Shown one piece after another: positions 8,514-17,182 of a stretch of DNA of 34,929 nt. The notes below the pieces were generated by a model that was not told where the DNA came from, ran no database searches, and saw only the letters and a list, made by a program, of their open reading frames with translations. Position numbers and translations under genes: made by a program. Each line of letters starts with the position of its first letter. Positions within the stretch are counted from its first letter, which is position 1. The stretch is from a candidate division WOR-3 bacterium (GTDB lineage Bacteria; Hydrothermota; Tepidihabitantia; Tepidihabitantales; Tepidihabitantaceae). Location: the NCBI GenBank assembly GCA_965648905.1, contig CBFGIT010000025.1, forward strand, positions 1-34,929. The letters are read 5' to 3'.

Positions 8514-9381
8514 CGTTGCGCACCTGCTCTTTCAGCTTCTCGATTTCGCCCTTGATTTCAATCGTCCGCCGCGAGATTACCATGTCGCGGGCCTTGGCCG
8601 CCATCGTGTCGGTTTCGCGCAGCATCTCCTGGGCAATGAAGTCGAGCTTCTTGCCCGAAGTCTGCGCCGACGAGAGTGCGCGCAGGAACATCGTCGCGTG
8701 ACTCTTGAGCCGGACGCACTCCTCATGAATGTCAACCTTCTCGGAAATGAAGGCAACTTCCTCAAGAATGCGCTTCGGGTCAGAGTCGACCTTCATCTCC
8801 CGTAACTGGGCCAGGAGGTTCTCGCGGCGCTCGCGCAGCCGCGCCGGCACTCGACGTTCAATCGCGGCGATCGCCCGGCGAATCCGAGTCAGGCGTTGAC
8901 GAAGGTCTCTTACCAGCGCGCTCCCCTCGGTCCGCTTCATTGCCAGCATGGCATCGAGCGCCCGGACAATTACGCGCCGACACGCCCGCCAGAGCCGGAC
9001 GTGATTGTCGTCTGCCTTGCGGGCGCTGACGATGCCGGGGTAGACGAGGACGGTATTGATGTCGAGCTCGCCGGCAACGCGGTAGCGGCTCTTCAACTCG
9101 CGGCAGACCCGGAGGTAGTCGCGCAGCAGCCGGTGGTCGAGGACCAGACCCGGGGCTTCGGCGCTTTCGTCGAGCGTGACGGTAAGCTGAAGGTAGCCGC
9201 GGCGTACCCGTTGGCGCACGAGGTCGCGGATTTCGCCCTCGAAGGCGGCCAGTTGCGGCGGCAGGCGCGGCACGACTTCGAGGAACTTGTGGTTCACGGA
9301 ACGAACGTCAACAACGATGTGGCTGTGCCAGGGCTCAAGCACCGACTCGGCCCGGCCGACTCCGGTCATGCTCTTCATCAT
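8506..9381 (-). CDS. yicC: YicC/YloC family endoribonuclease
   Basis: KSMTGVGR, RSVNHKFLE, DIHEECVRLKSH, GKKLDFIAQEMLRE, EKLKEQVRNVE. Confidence 0.93.
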   Translation of the reverse strand: MMKSMTGVGRAESVLEPWHSHIVVDVRSVNHKFLEVVPRLPPQLAAFEGEIRDLVRQRVRRGYLQLTVTLDESAEAPGLVLDHRLLRDYLRVCRELKSRYRVAGELDINTVLVYPGIVSARKADDNHVRLWRACRRVIVRALDAMLAMKRTEGSALVRDLRQRLTRIRRAIAAIERRVPARLRERRENLLAQLREMKVDSDPKRILEEVAFISEKVDIHEECVRLKSHATMFLRALSSAQTSGKKLDFIAQEMLRETDTMAAKARDMVISRRTIEIKGEIEKLKEQVRNVE

Positions 9382-9839
9382 GGCGCCGGTCTCTCCTCAG
9401 TTGGTTCTTCAAGCATCAAGGTTACCGGTCCTTCATTGACAATCTCGACGGTCATCCGTTCGCCGAACCAGCCCCGGACCGTCGGAACGCCCAGATAGGC
9501 GAGCTCGGCCGAGAACTGCTCATAGAGCGCGCAGGCGCGAACCGGCTCACAAGCCGCGGTGAACGAAGGGCGCAGTCCCCGGCTCGCGTCGCCGTAGAGC
9601 GTGAACTGGGACACGACCAGGGCCTGACCGTGGATGTCGAGCAGGGAGCGGTTCATCTTTCCGGCTTCGTCGTCGAAGATGCGCAGCCGGGCGACCCGGG
9701 ACGCGAGACGCCGACCGGTTTCCTCGCCATCGTGCCAGCCCACGCCGAGCAAAACGACCAGCCCGGCGCCGATTTCGCCGGCCGGTCTCGTGCCCGACGT
9801 GACCCGGGCGCGTGTCACCCGCTGGACTAGGGCGCGCAC
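9378..9839 (-). CDS. dtd: D-aminoacyl-tRNA deacylase
   Basis: RALVQRV, LRIF, SQFTLYG, RPSF, NEGPVT. Confidence 0.96.
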   Translation of the reverse strand: MRALVQRVTRARVTSGTRPAGEIGAGLVVLLGVGWHDGEETGRRLASRVARLRIFDDEAGKMNRSLLDIHGQALVVSQFTLYGDASRGLRPSFTAACEPVRACALYEQFSAELAYLGVPTVRGWFGERMTVEIVNEGPVTLMLEEPTEERPAP

Positions 9840-10462
9840 CTGGAGGTCAGAGCTCGTACGACTGCCTGGGAGAACGCGACGGCGTGCTCGGCCGAGGCAG
9901 CGGTAATAACGTTCTGGTCGACGACGAGCGGCCCGAAGCTGTGCCGACTGCCCGCCTGTTTCAGTATGTCCACCGCGGCACGCTCGGGGAACACCGTTGC
10001 CCGTCGGCCGCGCAGGACGCCGGCATGGGCCAGAGCAATCGGCGCGATGCCGATGGCGGCAACCACCTTGCCCGATTCGGCGAACTCCCGGCAGCGGGCG
10101 AGCAGCAGCGTGTCGTCCCAGTGAAGCACCGCCCCGGAACCGCCAATCAGCACCAGCCCGGCGTAGTCGGTCGGGTCAACGTCGGCTATGACCACATCGG
10201 GCTGGACCGTCTGGCGGTTGATGCTTGTCACCACGTCTGAGCTGGCTGCAGCGATTCTCAGTGCGAGTCCGGCCCGTTCCAGGCTGCGATTGAGCGGCTC
10301 GAACTCGTCGTCGGAGTAGAACTGCTGGGGCAGATAGACCAGCACGGTCTGCTCAGGTGCGCGCTCGCGGCCGGCTCCAGCCGGAATCGAAGGCGGCTGG
10401 GCCGCGCACAGCGCTGCGACACTGACCAGCGCCAGAACAATAAGTGGACTTCGGGATATCAA
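9827..10462 (-). CDS. DJ-1/PfpI family protein with signal peptide; nucleophilic Cys replaced by Gly
   Basis: DYAGLVLIGGSGA, KVVAAIGIAP, LAHAGVLRGRRATVF, VVDQNVITA; start placed at TTG 10462 just downstream of a promoter. Confidence 0.82.
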   Translation of the reverse strand: MISRSPLIVLALVSVAALCAAQPPSIPAGAGRERAPEQTVLVYLPQQFYSDDEFEPLNRSLERAGLALRIAAASSDVVTSINRQTVQPDVVIADVDPTDYAGLVLIGGSGAVLHWDDTLLLARCREFAESGKVVAAIGIAPIALAHAGVLRGRRATVFPERAAVDILKQAGSRHSFGPLVVDQNVITAASAEHAVAFSQAVVRALTSRCAP

Positions 10463-10472
10463 AGCGTAGTTT

Positions 10473-10500
10473 AGAATAGTCGGGTGCTCAACAAAGTCAA
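10473..10500 (-). promoter_or_regulatory. sigma70-like promoter
   Basis: TTGACT-N16-TATTCT. Confidence 0.6.
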
Positions 10501-11138
10501 GAATCTTGGCGGTCCTGACCCGGCTTGCGGCGCGAGCGAACGACGGCGAGGACGGCAAGAACCAGCAATACCGTACCGGCCAGGAGCGCGCCCCAGAGAC
10601 GAAGCAGCGAAAGCATGGTCACGACCACGGCGGCCACGAGTACTCCAAGGAAGATGGCGAGCAGGGCGCGACCATAAGGCAGTGCCATCAGCACCGAGGC
10701 AATTGCGCCGGTCCATGCGCCGGTCATCGGCAGCGGAATTCCGACAAAAATCACCAGCCCCCAGAACTCATACCGGGCGATTACGCCGCTGCGGGAGCGG
10801 GTGCGCCGAAACAGCCAGTCAAAGAAACGCCGGAACAGCGGCACGCGTCCGAGCCAGACCGTAAGTCGTTCCAGCAGAAAGACGACCAGCAGTATCGGCA
10901 GCATGTTGCCGACAATCGCCAGGCTCAGGGTCTTCCACAGCGGCAGATGGAAGAGGTTCTCGCCCACTGGAATCGCGCCGCGCAGTTCGACAATCGGCAG
11001 CATCGCCACGAGCAGCACAATCGCTTCCGGAGCCAGCCCGCGCGTGCGCAGGGACTGGGCAATCCGGCTGCCGGTATCGGCCTGCGCCGAGCCGGCCAGA
11101 ACCATGATGATGAGCACCAGGGCGAACGTTCGTCTCAC
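10497..11138 (-). CDS. COG2426-like (putative small multi-drug export) membrane protein
   Basis: AMLPIVELRGAIP and FVGIPLPMTGAWTG motifs; GTGA overlap with the upstream stop. Confidence 0.88.
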   Translation of the reverse strand: MRRTFALVLIIMVLAGSAQADTGSRIAQSLRTRGLAPEAIVLLVAMLPIVELRGAIPVGENLFHLPLWKTLSLAIVGNMLPILLVVFLLERLTVWLGRVPLFRRFFDWLFRRTRSRSGVIARYEFWGLVIFVGIPLPMTGAWTGAIASVLMALPYGRALLAIFLGVLVAAVVVTMLSLLRLWGALLAGTVLLVLAVLAVVRSRRKPGQDRQDS

Positions 11139-13120
11139 AGAAGACCCTGCTTTCGTCTCAGCCACCACTCCAGCCCGGCGAGAAGAGCGACAAGCACATA
11201 AGCCCAGGCTGCGCGTCTGGGCTCGAACACCAGCCGGCGTTCGTAAGTGCCGAGCCGCAATTCCGACGCCGGCCCATCGACGCTCGGCGGGTTGCCGAGC
11301 AGGCTGTCGGCCGCGAAGTAGCTGCCGCCGCTGGCCGCAGCGATCGCCTCGAGCAAGCCCTGGTTCAGGCCGAGCTGGGCAAGTTCCACGCTCTGCTCGG
11401 CCACGGTGAATTCGGCGGCAGCCCGGCCGACAATCGAATCGCCGAGACTGACCGTGGCCAGGACTTTGTGGGTTCCGGCCGGCAGGGCCATGAGCACGGC
11501 TTCGTAGGTTCCGTTGCCGACCTCGGTCATCGGCACTCGCACCTCGCCGGTTGTCGCCGATACCACCGCGTCAAGACCGCTCCACGCCCGGCCGTCCGGG
11601 CCGACTGCCCGGAGGGTCAATCGCACCGGCTCACCTTTGAGAAACCCGGGTTTGTCGGGCTGGAGCACAAACGGGCTGGTGTCCGACTCGGCAAGAAACC
11701 GGACCACACCGGAAAGGAACGTGCCGAGCGCTGATTCGTATGCGCCAAAGCCCCAGCGCCACAACGGGTATCCGGCAACGAACACGGTTCTGCCCCGACC
11801 GGTTCGCCCGGCCACGACCAAAGGCAGGCCATTCTCGCGTGCCCTAATCCAGGCCGGTGCGCGGCCAGCAACGTTCAGAGCGCTGAGAAAAGGCGGGACC
11901 TTGCCCAGGTCAACTCCGCTGCCCGGCGCGAACCAGGGCAGAGCCTCACCGGCCGAGGTCAGTTCCGGCGTCAATGGCCCGCGCAGCAATTTGTCTCCGC
12001 CTGCTGACCCGGGCGCGAGCGGCAGCAGGGATTCAAGAACCGGCCCGGGTTTGAACTCGGGGCCGGCAAGGCCGAGCACCCCGGCACCACCTCTTACTCG
12101 GCGCAGGACCGCCTGCCACAGGGCCGCTTCAGACTGCTGCTCGACCACGCCGTCGACAATGACGACGTCGGCCCGAGTGATGTCCGACTCCGGTACTGCG
12201 AGCGCACCGGTCAGCTCGACATGAGTAACAAGCTCAACCCGCTCATCACCGGCCAGGCAGGCGAGCACAAATCTTGTCTCCGGGCCGGGCCGGTTGGTCA
12301 GGTAAACTACATGGTAGCGGCCTGGCCGTACATCGGCAAACACGGTCCGCTGATTATCGGCATACGTTCCCTCAGCAGAAAGGCTCTCTATCGACGCCGT
12401 GACCGCCTGGGGCCCAGGTCTGGGAAACACGTGCCGGAACTCGGCCTCAAGCTCGGTCCGGCCCCTGCCCATCTCAACCACCCGGGTCGCATCGCCGAGC
12501 CGGACTTTGACCGGGCCGGGCTCAAGTCCGGTTCCGACTACCCGGACGCGTAGGTCCGCAGTGTCGCCGGCGTGGATGCTTGCTGGTAGGATGACCTGGG
12601 TGACAGCCAGATTCTCGTCCGGCAGCGCGCCCAGGCCGATCGTGTGTACCGGCACGCCCAGACTCCTCGCCGCATCGACCGCCGACCTCTCGCCGTTGTC
12701 TTGGCCGTCACCAACAAGGACGACTGCGGCCGGACGGGTGCGCCCAACCTGTTCCAGTGCTGCGGCGATGCGGGTCCGGTTCGGGCCGGGAACGTTGTTA
12801 CCTCGGCGGCAGGAGTCGGCAAAACTCCAGACATCGCGCCGGACCCGGGATGGGAAGCTGAACGTGGCCAGGACACGGTCAAGCAGCGTATCAGCCCTGA
12901 TGGCTGCCATGCTTGCCGAGCGGTCAAGGAGCAGGGCGACATGCCGGGGCCGCACAGTCCAGGTCTTCGTGAGTCTGACGCCGGCCAGAATCGTGCCGAG
13001 GAGCAGGAGCGTTCCGAGCCGGAGCAGCAGAAGCCCGAGCGTGGCCGGGTGCGCAAGCTGCCGGCGATAGGCCAGCACCCCGAGCAGAAGCAGAGCGACA
13101 CTAGCGACGACGAAAACCAC
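11135..13120 (-). CDS. Membrane protein with vWA-like, Ig-like and glutamine-amidotransferase-like domains
   Basis: N-terminal TM helices, LLLDRSASM (MIDAS-like), LVGDGQDN, LWRWGF, C-terminal LEWWLRRKQGLL. Confidence 0.75.
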   Translation of the reverse strand: MVFVVASVALLLLGVLAYRRQLAHPATLGLLLLRLGTLLLLGTILAGVRLTKTWTVRPRHVALLLDRSASMAAIRADTLLDRVLATFSFPSRVRRDVWSFADSCRRGNNVPGPNRTRIAAALEQVGRTRPAAVVLVGDGQDNGERSAVDAARSLGVPVHTIGLGALPDENLAVTQVILPASIHAGDTADLRVRVVGTGLEPGPVKVRLGDATRVVEMGRGRTELEAEFRHVFPRPGPQAVTASIESLSAEGTYADNQRTVFADVRPGRYHVVYLTNRPGPETRFVLACLAGDERVELVTHVELTGALAVPESDITRADVVIVDGVVEQQSEAALWQAVLRRVRGGAGVLGLAGPEFKPGPVLESLLPLAPGSAGGDKLLRGPLTPELTSAGEALPWFAPGSGVDLGKVPPFLSALNVAGRAPAWIRARENGLPLVVAGRTGRGRTVFVAGYPLWRWGFGAYESALGTFLSGVVRFLAESDTSPFVLQPDKPGFLKGEPVRLTLRAVGPDGRAWSGLDAVVSATTGEVRVPMTEVGNGTYEAVLMALPAGTHKVLATVSLGDSIVGRAAAEFTVAEQSVELAQLGLNQGLLEAIAAASGGSYFAADSLLGNPPSVDGPASELRLGTYERRLVFEPRRAAWAYVLVALLAGLEWWLRRKQGLL

Positions 13121-14198
13121 GGATTAGGCCGGGCAGGGTTTCGGGCGCGAGCTGGAAATCGAGGCTGTCCTGAGGCGGAGCAAAGCTCCTGATTGTCGCA
13201 CTAAGGTCAACATTGCCGTCGAAGTCGGTGTCGCAGACAGCGACCGCGTGCCAGGTTCCGGGCCGGAGCCGGGTGGCGTACGAGCCGTCCGGCAACAGGG
13301 CGGCCAGACCCGTGGCCCGCGCAGACGTGTCGGTGAAGAAAAAGACCGTGCCGGAGACAGCAGCGGGCCGGGTAGTGAACCGGACCCGACCTTTGACCGG
13401 CTCGCCGGCGAAGACCGAGTCGGGCGTGAAGTAGGTGAACGCGGTCGTGCGTGACCGGTTCGCCTCAAGGTCGCGGAAACCGGGCAGGAGCTGGACATAG
13501 ACGATTGAGCCGGCCGGGAGCGTGTCAGCAAGGGTAAGGCGAACGCTCTGCCAGTCTGGTTCCCAGGTGCGGCGAAACAGCGTGTCGTAGTCTTCGGGTA
13601 CGAAGAGCCATTCGGGAACAACGGCCGTATCAATCGGCTCACTGAACCTGACCGCCACCGTCGCGCCGTACCTGAGTCCGGTTGCAGCCGGAGACGGGGA
13701 GATGCGGCTCACAGTCGGAGGAATCGTATCCTGCCGCTCCGAACCGCGGAACCGCGCCCGGAACGCGCCCCTGTTCCCGGCCATGTCCCAGACCACGCCC
13801 TGTACGTGGTACAACTGCACCGACTGAACCGGAGTCCAGAGCATGACGCTTGAGCTTGAGCGTCCCAGCGACGCGCCGCGCAGGCGCACGCCCAGGCCGT
13901 TCGCGTCCGAAACGTAGAAGCTGTCCACGAACACACGCCGACCGTCAATCGGCTCGTCAAAGACAAGCTCGACCTGGCTTCGATTCCGGGTCACAATCTC
14001 TTCAGGGCTCGGCGCGAACCGATCCGGGCTCGGTGGCATCATCTTCTTGGCACAGGCCGTGACACCAAGCAGGGCCGCGACCGCGAGCAACCCAAGGGAG
14101 GAATGGACGAGGTCAGAAGCCAGATTGCAGAATCCAGAAGCGAGAACGTCCGGACTCGACCGACGATTGCCGGAACCGACTCGTGCCCTGTCGGTCAT
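13101..14198 (-). CDS. Lipoprotein with Ig-like (SbsA/Big_5-type) domains; exact start uncertain
   Basis: Lipobox LLGVTAC then AKKMMPPSPDRFAP; FDEPI and FSEPI, DMAGN, DTIPPTV motifs. Confidence 0.7.
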   Translation of the reverse strand: MTDRARVGSGNRRSSPDVLASGFCNLASDLVHSSLGLLAVAALLGVTACAKKMMPPSPDRFAPSPEEIVTRNRSQVELVFDEPIDGRRVFVDSFYVSDANGLGVRLRGASLGRSSSSVMLWTPVQSVQLYHVQGVVWDMAGNRGAFRARFRGSERQDTIPPTVSRISPSPAATGLRYGATVAVRFSEPIDTAVVPEWLFVPEDYDTLFRRTWEPDWQSVRLTLADTLPAGSIVYVQLLPGFRDLEANRSRTTAFTYFTPDSVFAGEPVKGRVRFTTRPAAVSGTVFFFTDTSARATGLAALLPDGSYATRLRPGTWHAVAVCDTDFDGNVDLSATIRSFAPPQDSLDFQLAPETLPGLIRGFRRR

Positions 14199-15079
14199 CG
14201 TGAAGTCAACACGGTTCTAAGCCGGCACGGGGCAGGCCGGGTGAGTCCTTTGCTTGCGGCGAGTTCGACGAGACGCAGCGACAGCTCGCGGTACATCGGC
14301 ACAAGCTCAGGCGCATAGCGGGCAAGTGCCTCAAGGTGCGCGCGGACCGTCTCAGTGTCGCCCCGTTCAACCGGGCCGGTAAGGGCCTGAGCCGGGCCGT
14401 GCCGTAGCACGTTCTCAAGCGAAGCACGGGCCAGGGGCCCGAGTGTCTCAACCATCCTGCCCGGCATCATGCCCAGACTTGGGCCGATGCGTTCGACCGC
14501 GTCGAGCAGCGCTGCCTGGAAGTTGGACGCAAAGACGCAGGCTGCATGCCAGGCAGGTCGGGCCTCACTCCTGACGGTTACGGCCTTTCCTCGGAGCAGT
14601 CGGACAAGCCTGCGGCCGAAGGCCAGACCCTCTTTCGAGCCGTCGAGCGCCCACCATGAGTCGGGTAGACTCTTGATTGCCTGGGCATGACTGGCGAATA
14701 CTTGAACCGGGTGAAGAGCTAGAACCTCAAGACCGGTACGCTCATAGCCCTCGAACACCTCAAGGCCGAGCGCTCCAGAGCAATGAGCGACAATCGTGCC
14801 GGGCATCGGACGAGCAGCCCGGAATGCGGAGACAATCGAGCAATCTGACACAGTGAAAAAGACAACGTCGCTTTCCCGGGCAAGCTCGGAAGATTGCATA
14901 TTGCAGAAGCGGAGACCCAAGCGACGGTATGCGGCCCGAGCCTTACTCAAGTCTTTGTCGGCCAGACCGACAAGACCGAACCCGGCTTTGCGGCAGTGCC
15001 AGGCCAGGGCGGTCCCGACCCGGCCAGCGCCAACAAACCCGATGCGCGCGATGACTTGCCTGCGATGATGTGCCGACAT
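14195..15079 (-). CDS. Rossmann-like/DUF2520 oxidoreductase (PanG-like)
   Basis: IGFVGAGRVG, AHCSGA, LHPVQVF, HAACVFASNF, ALTGPVERGDTETVRAHL. Confidence 0.88.
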   Translation of the reverse strand: MSAHHRRQVIARIGFVGAGRVGTALAWHCRKAGFGLVGLADKDLSKARAAYRRLGLRFCNMQSSELARESDVVFFTVSDCSIVSAFRAARPMPGTIVAHCSGALGLEVFEGYERTGLEVLALHPVQVFASHAQAIKSLPDSWWALDGSKEGLAFGRRLVRLLRGKAVTVRSEARPAWHAACVFASNFQAALLDAVERIGPSLGMMPGRMVETLGPLARASLENVLRHGPAQALTGPVERGDTETVRAHLEALARYAPELVPMYRELSLRLVELAASKGLTRPAPCRLRTVLTSR

Positions 15080-15089
15080 GGTCCGGGCC

Positions 15090-15176
15090 AAGATACTCAC
15101 GCAGACGCCGGAGTCAAGAGCGGGCGAGCGGCGAACGGCGAGCGATGGTTGACTGAGCAGCAGAGTGTCTTATGAT
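15090..15176. promoter_or_regulatory. Divergent sigma70-like promoter pair
   Basis: Minus: TTGACT-N16-TATCTT (15117-15090). Plus: TTGACT-N16-TATGAT (15149-15176). Heptamer repeats lie between the two -35 boxes. Confidence 0.65.
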
Positions 15177-15185
15177 TGCTGGCCG

Positions 15186-16205
15186 ATGGAGTCGTCTTCC
15201 TTGCCCGACAGCATTCGGCTGGCCTTGCGGCGGTTCGGCCCGGCCGGGCCGGACGCCAAGTTGCCGATTGTCCCGGACAAGGCCGGAAAGGCTGTTGTCG
15301 AGGCCGGGGGCCGGAGCTGGCTTGACTTCGCCAATGGCGGGCTGGTGCCGCTTGGTTATTGCCATCCGGAACTGACGCGCGTCATCGCCGAGACCGGCCA
15401 CATGCCGGGCAGTGACCTGACCTGCTGGCCTCAGCACGTCGAATTGATGCGCAAGTTGGCTGAGCTGGCACCAGGCGGGATGAATCGGCGGGTGCTGCTT
15501 GCCGACTCAGGCGGTGAGGCGCTGGCCCAGGCAATCAGGCTGGCCCGGGCCCGGACCGGCCGGGAGCGCGTCGTCTATGTCGACCGTGAGGAGTCAGTTG
15601 TCAGCGATGGTGTCGCGGTCGTAGTTGTCCACCCTTTTGACCCGAGGCTTGCTGAAATCAGGTCGGCGTGTACCAGAGCCGGCGCTCTGCTCGTAAGCGA
15701 CGAGCGGTCAATCGGGCCCGGGCTGGTCGGCCGGATGTTCGGCATCGAGCCGAGCGGGGTGCGGCCGGACCTGTATGTGCTGGGTCGGGGCTGGGCCGGC
15801 GGAATGCCGTTCGGCGCGTGCATCACCGGCAGTTCGACGTTGCGCTGGCCTGCGTTCACTGCCGGCTGCTCGGTGCTCAGCGCCGTCGCGGCGCTGGCGA
15901 CAATCCGGCTCGTGGAGGGCGGTCTGGCCGAGCAGGCGTCGCGACTCGGCGCGCATCTGGCCGAGCGGCTGAGTACGATTCGGGCCGGTGCTGCCTCGGG
16001 TCTCGGGCTGGTGTGGACGGTCGTTCTGCCCGACAACGTCGGTGCGCAGTCTCTGGTCCGGCGTTGCCAGGAGAATGGGCTACTGTTGCGGTTGCTTTCG
16101 CCCGACTCAGTCGGCATCAGGCCGCCGCTGGTTGTGACCGAGTCGGAGATTGACCGGGCGGTCGATGTCTTCGCGCAGTTCGTTGGCGGAGCGGGCCGGT
16201 CATGA
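15186..16205 (+). CDS. Class III aminotransferase-fold protein (ArgD/GabT-like), degenerate PLP site
   Basis: WLDFANG…LGYCHP, SGGEA, LLVSDE, GVRPDLYVLGRGWAGGMPFGA, IRPPLVVTESEID. Confidence 0.82.
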   Translation: MESSSLPDSIRLALRRFGPAGPDAKLPIVPDKAGKAVVEAGGRSWLDFANGGLVPLGYCHPELTRVIAETGHMPGSDLTCWPQHVELMRKLAELAPGGMNRRVLLADSGGEALAQAIRLARARTGRERVVYVDREESVVSDGVAVVVVHPFDPRLAEIRSACTRAGALLVSDERSIGPGLVGRMFGIEPSGVRPDLYVLGRGWAGGMPFGACITGSSTLRWPAFTAGCSVLSAVAALATIRLVEGGLAEQASRLGAHLAERLSTIRAGAASGLGLVWTVVLPDNVGAQSLVRRCQENGLLLRLLSPDSVGIRPPLVVTESEIDRAVDVFAQFVGGAGRS

Positions 16206-17182
16206 GACTTTCAGTCCTGGGCACCTTTCTCGACACGGTTGAGTACTACGGCCTGCTTTCCTGCGGGGACCGGGTTCTGGTCGCGGTCTCGGGCGGTGCT
16301 GACTCGGTCGGCCTGCTTGACCTGCTCAATCTGGTGCAGGAGCGGTACGAACTCACCTTGACCGGTTTTCACCTGAACCACGGTCTGCGGCCGACTGCCG
16401 CCCGAGACCAGGAGTTTGTGTCAGACCTGTTCCGTGGTCTGGGAATCGAGCTGGTGGTGAGCAGGGCGCGGGTCCGGCTTTTTGCCCGGCGCCACAAGCT
16501 CGGGCTGGAGGAGGCGGGCCGGGTGCTGCGCTACCGGCACATGCTCCGGGTTGCCCGCCTCAAGGAGTGCAACCGGATTGCGCTCGGCCACACGGCGAAC
16601 GACAATCTGGAGACCATCCTCCTCAACCTGTGCCGCGGCACCGGACCTTCGGGCCTTGCTGGGATACCGGTCTGCCGCGACCGCTTCATTCGGCCGCTCA
16701 TTGACATTGCTCGTCCGGCCCTGGAGCAGCATCTTAGGGTCCGCGGCATCCAATGGGTCGAGGACCAGTCGAATCAGGACCTCGACTTCCGGCGCAACCT
16801 GGTCCGACACCGGGTCGTGCCGGTGCTGGAACAGGTCAATCCCCGCGTTGTTGCCCATGCCCGCCGGGCCGCGCAACTGCTAGACGACGAGAACCGTCTG
16901 CTCGACCGAATCGCGGCCCAGGCGGCTGTCAAGTGCAGTCAGCGCCGACGACGTTCGGTGCGGATTGACACTGTCCGGTTCCGGAACTATAATACCGTTC
17001 TGAAGCGAAGAGTCGTCCGTCACCTGCTGCCCGGACTCGACTCAGAAGACGTGGAAAGCATTATCCGGCTGTGCCACGGCCGGCCGGGTACAAGGCTGGT
17101 ACTGGCCCGGGGCCTGATCGGACGGTGCTTCTCAGGCTTCGTCGAGCTGCATCTCTCCAAGGAGTCTTTCGGAAATGGCTGA
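16202..17182 (+). CDS. tilS: tRNA(Ile)-lysidine synthetase (short form)
   Basis: AVSGGADS, HLNHGLR, LEEAGRVLRY, GHTANDNLET, IRPL, EDQSN, RNLVR; adjacent to ftsH. Confidence 0.93.
   Translation: MRLSVLGTFLDTVEYYGLLSCGDRVLVAVSGGADSVGLLDLLNLVQERYELTLTGFHLNHGLRPTAARDQEFVSDLFRGLGIELVVSRARVRLFARRHKLGLEEAGRVLRYRHMLRVARLKECNRIALGHTANDNLETILLNLCRGTGPSGLAGIPVCRDRFIRPLIDIARPALEQHLRVRGIQWVEDQSNQDLDFRRNLVRHRVVPVLEQVNPRVVAHARRAAQLLDDENRLLDRIAAQAAVKCSQRRRRSVRIDTVRFRNYNTVLKRRVVRHLLPGLDSEDVESIIRLCHGRPGTRLVLARGLIGRCFSGFVELHLSKESFGNG
16965..16993 (+). promoter_or_regulatory. Consensus sigma70 promoter inside tilS, probably driving ftsH-dapA-dapB
   Basis: TTGACA-N17-TATAAT. Confidence 0.7.
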
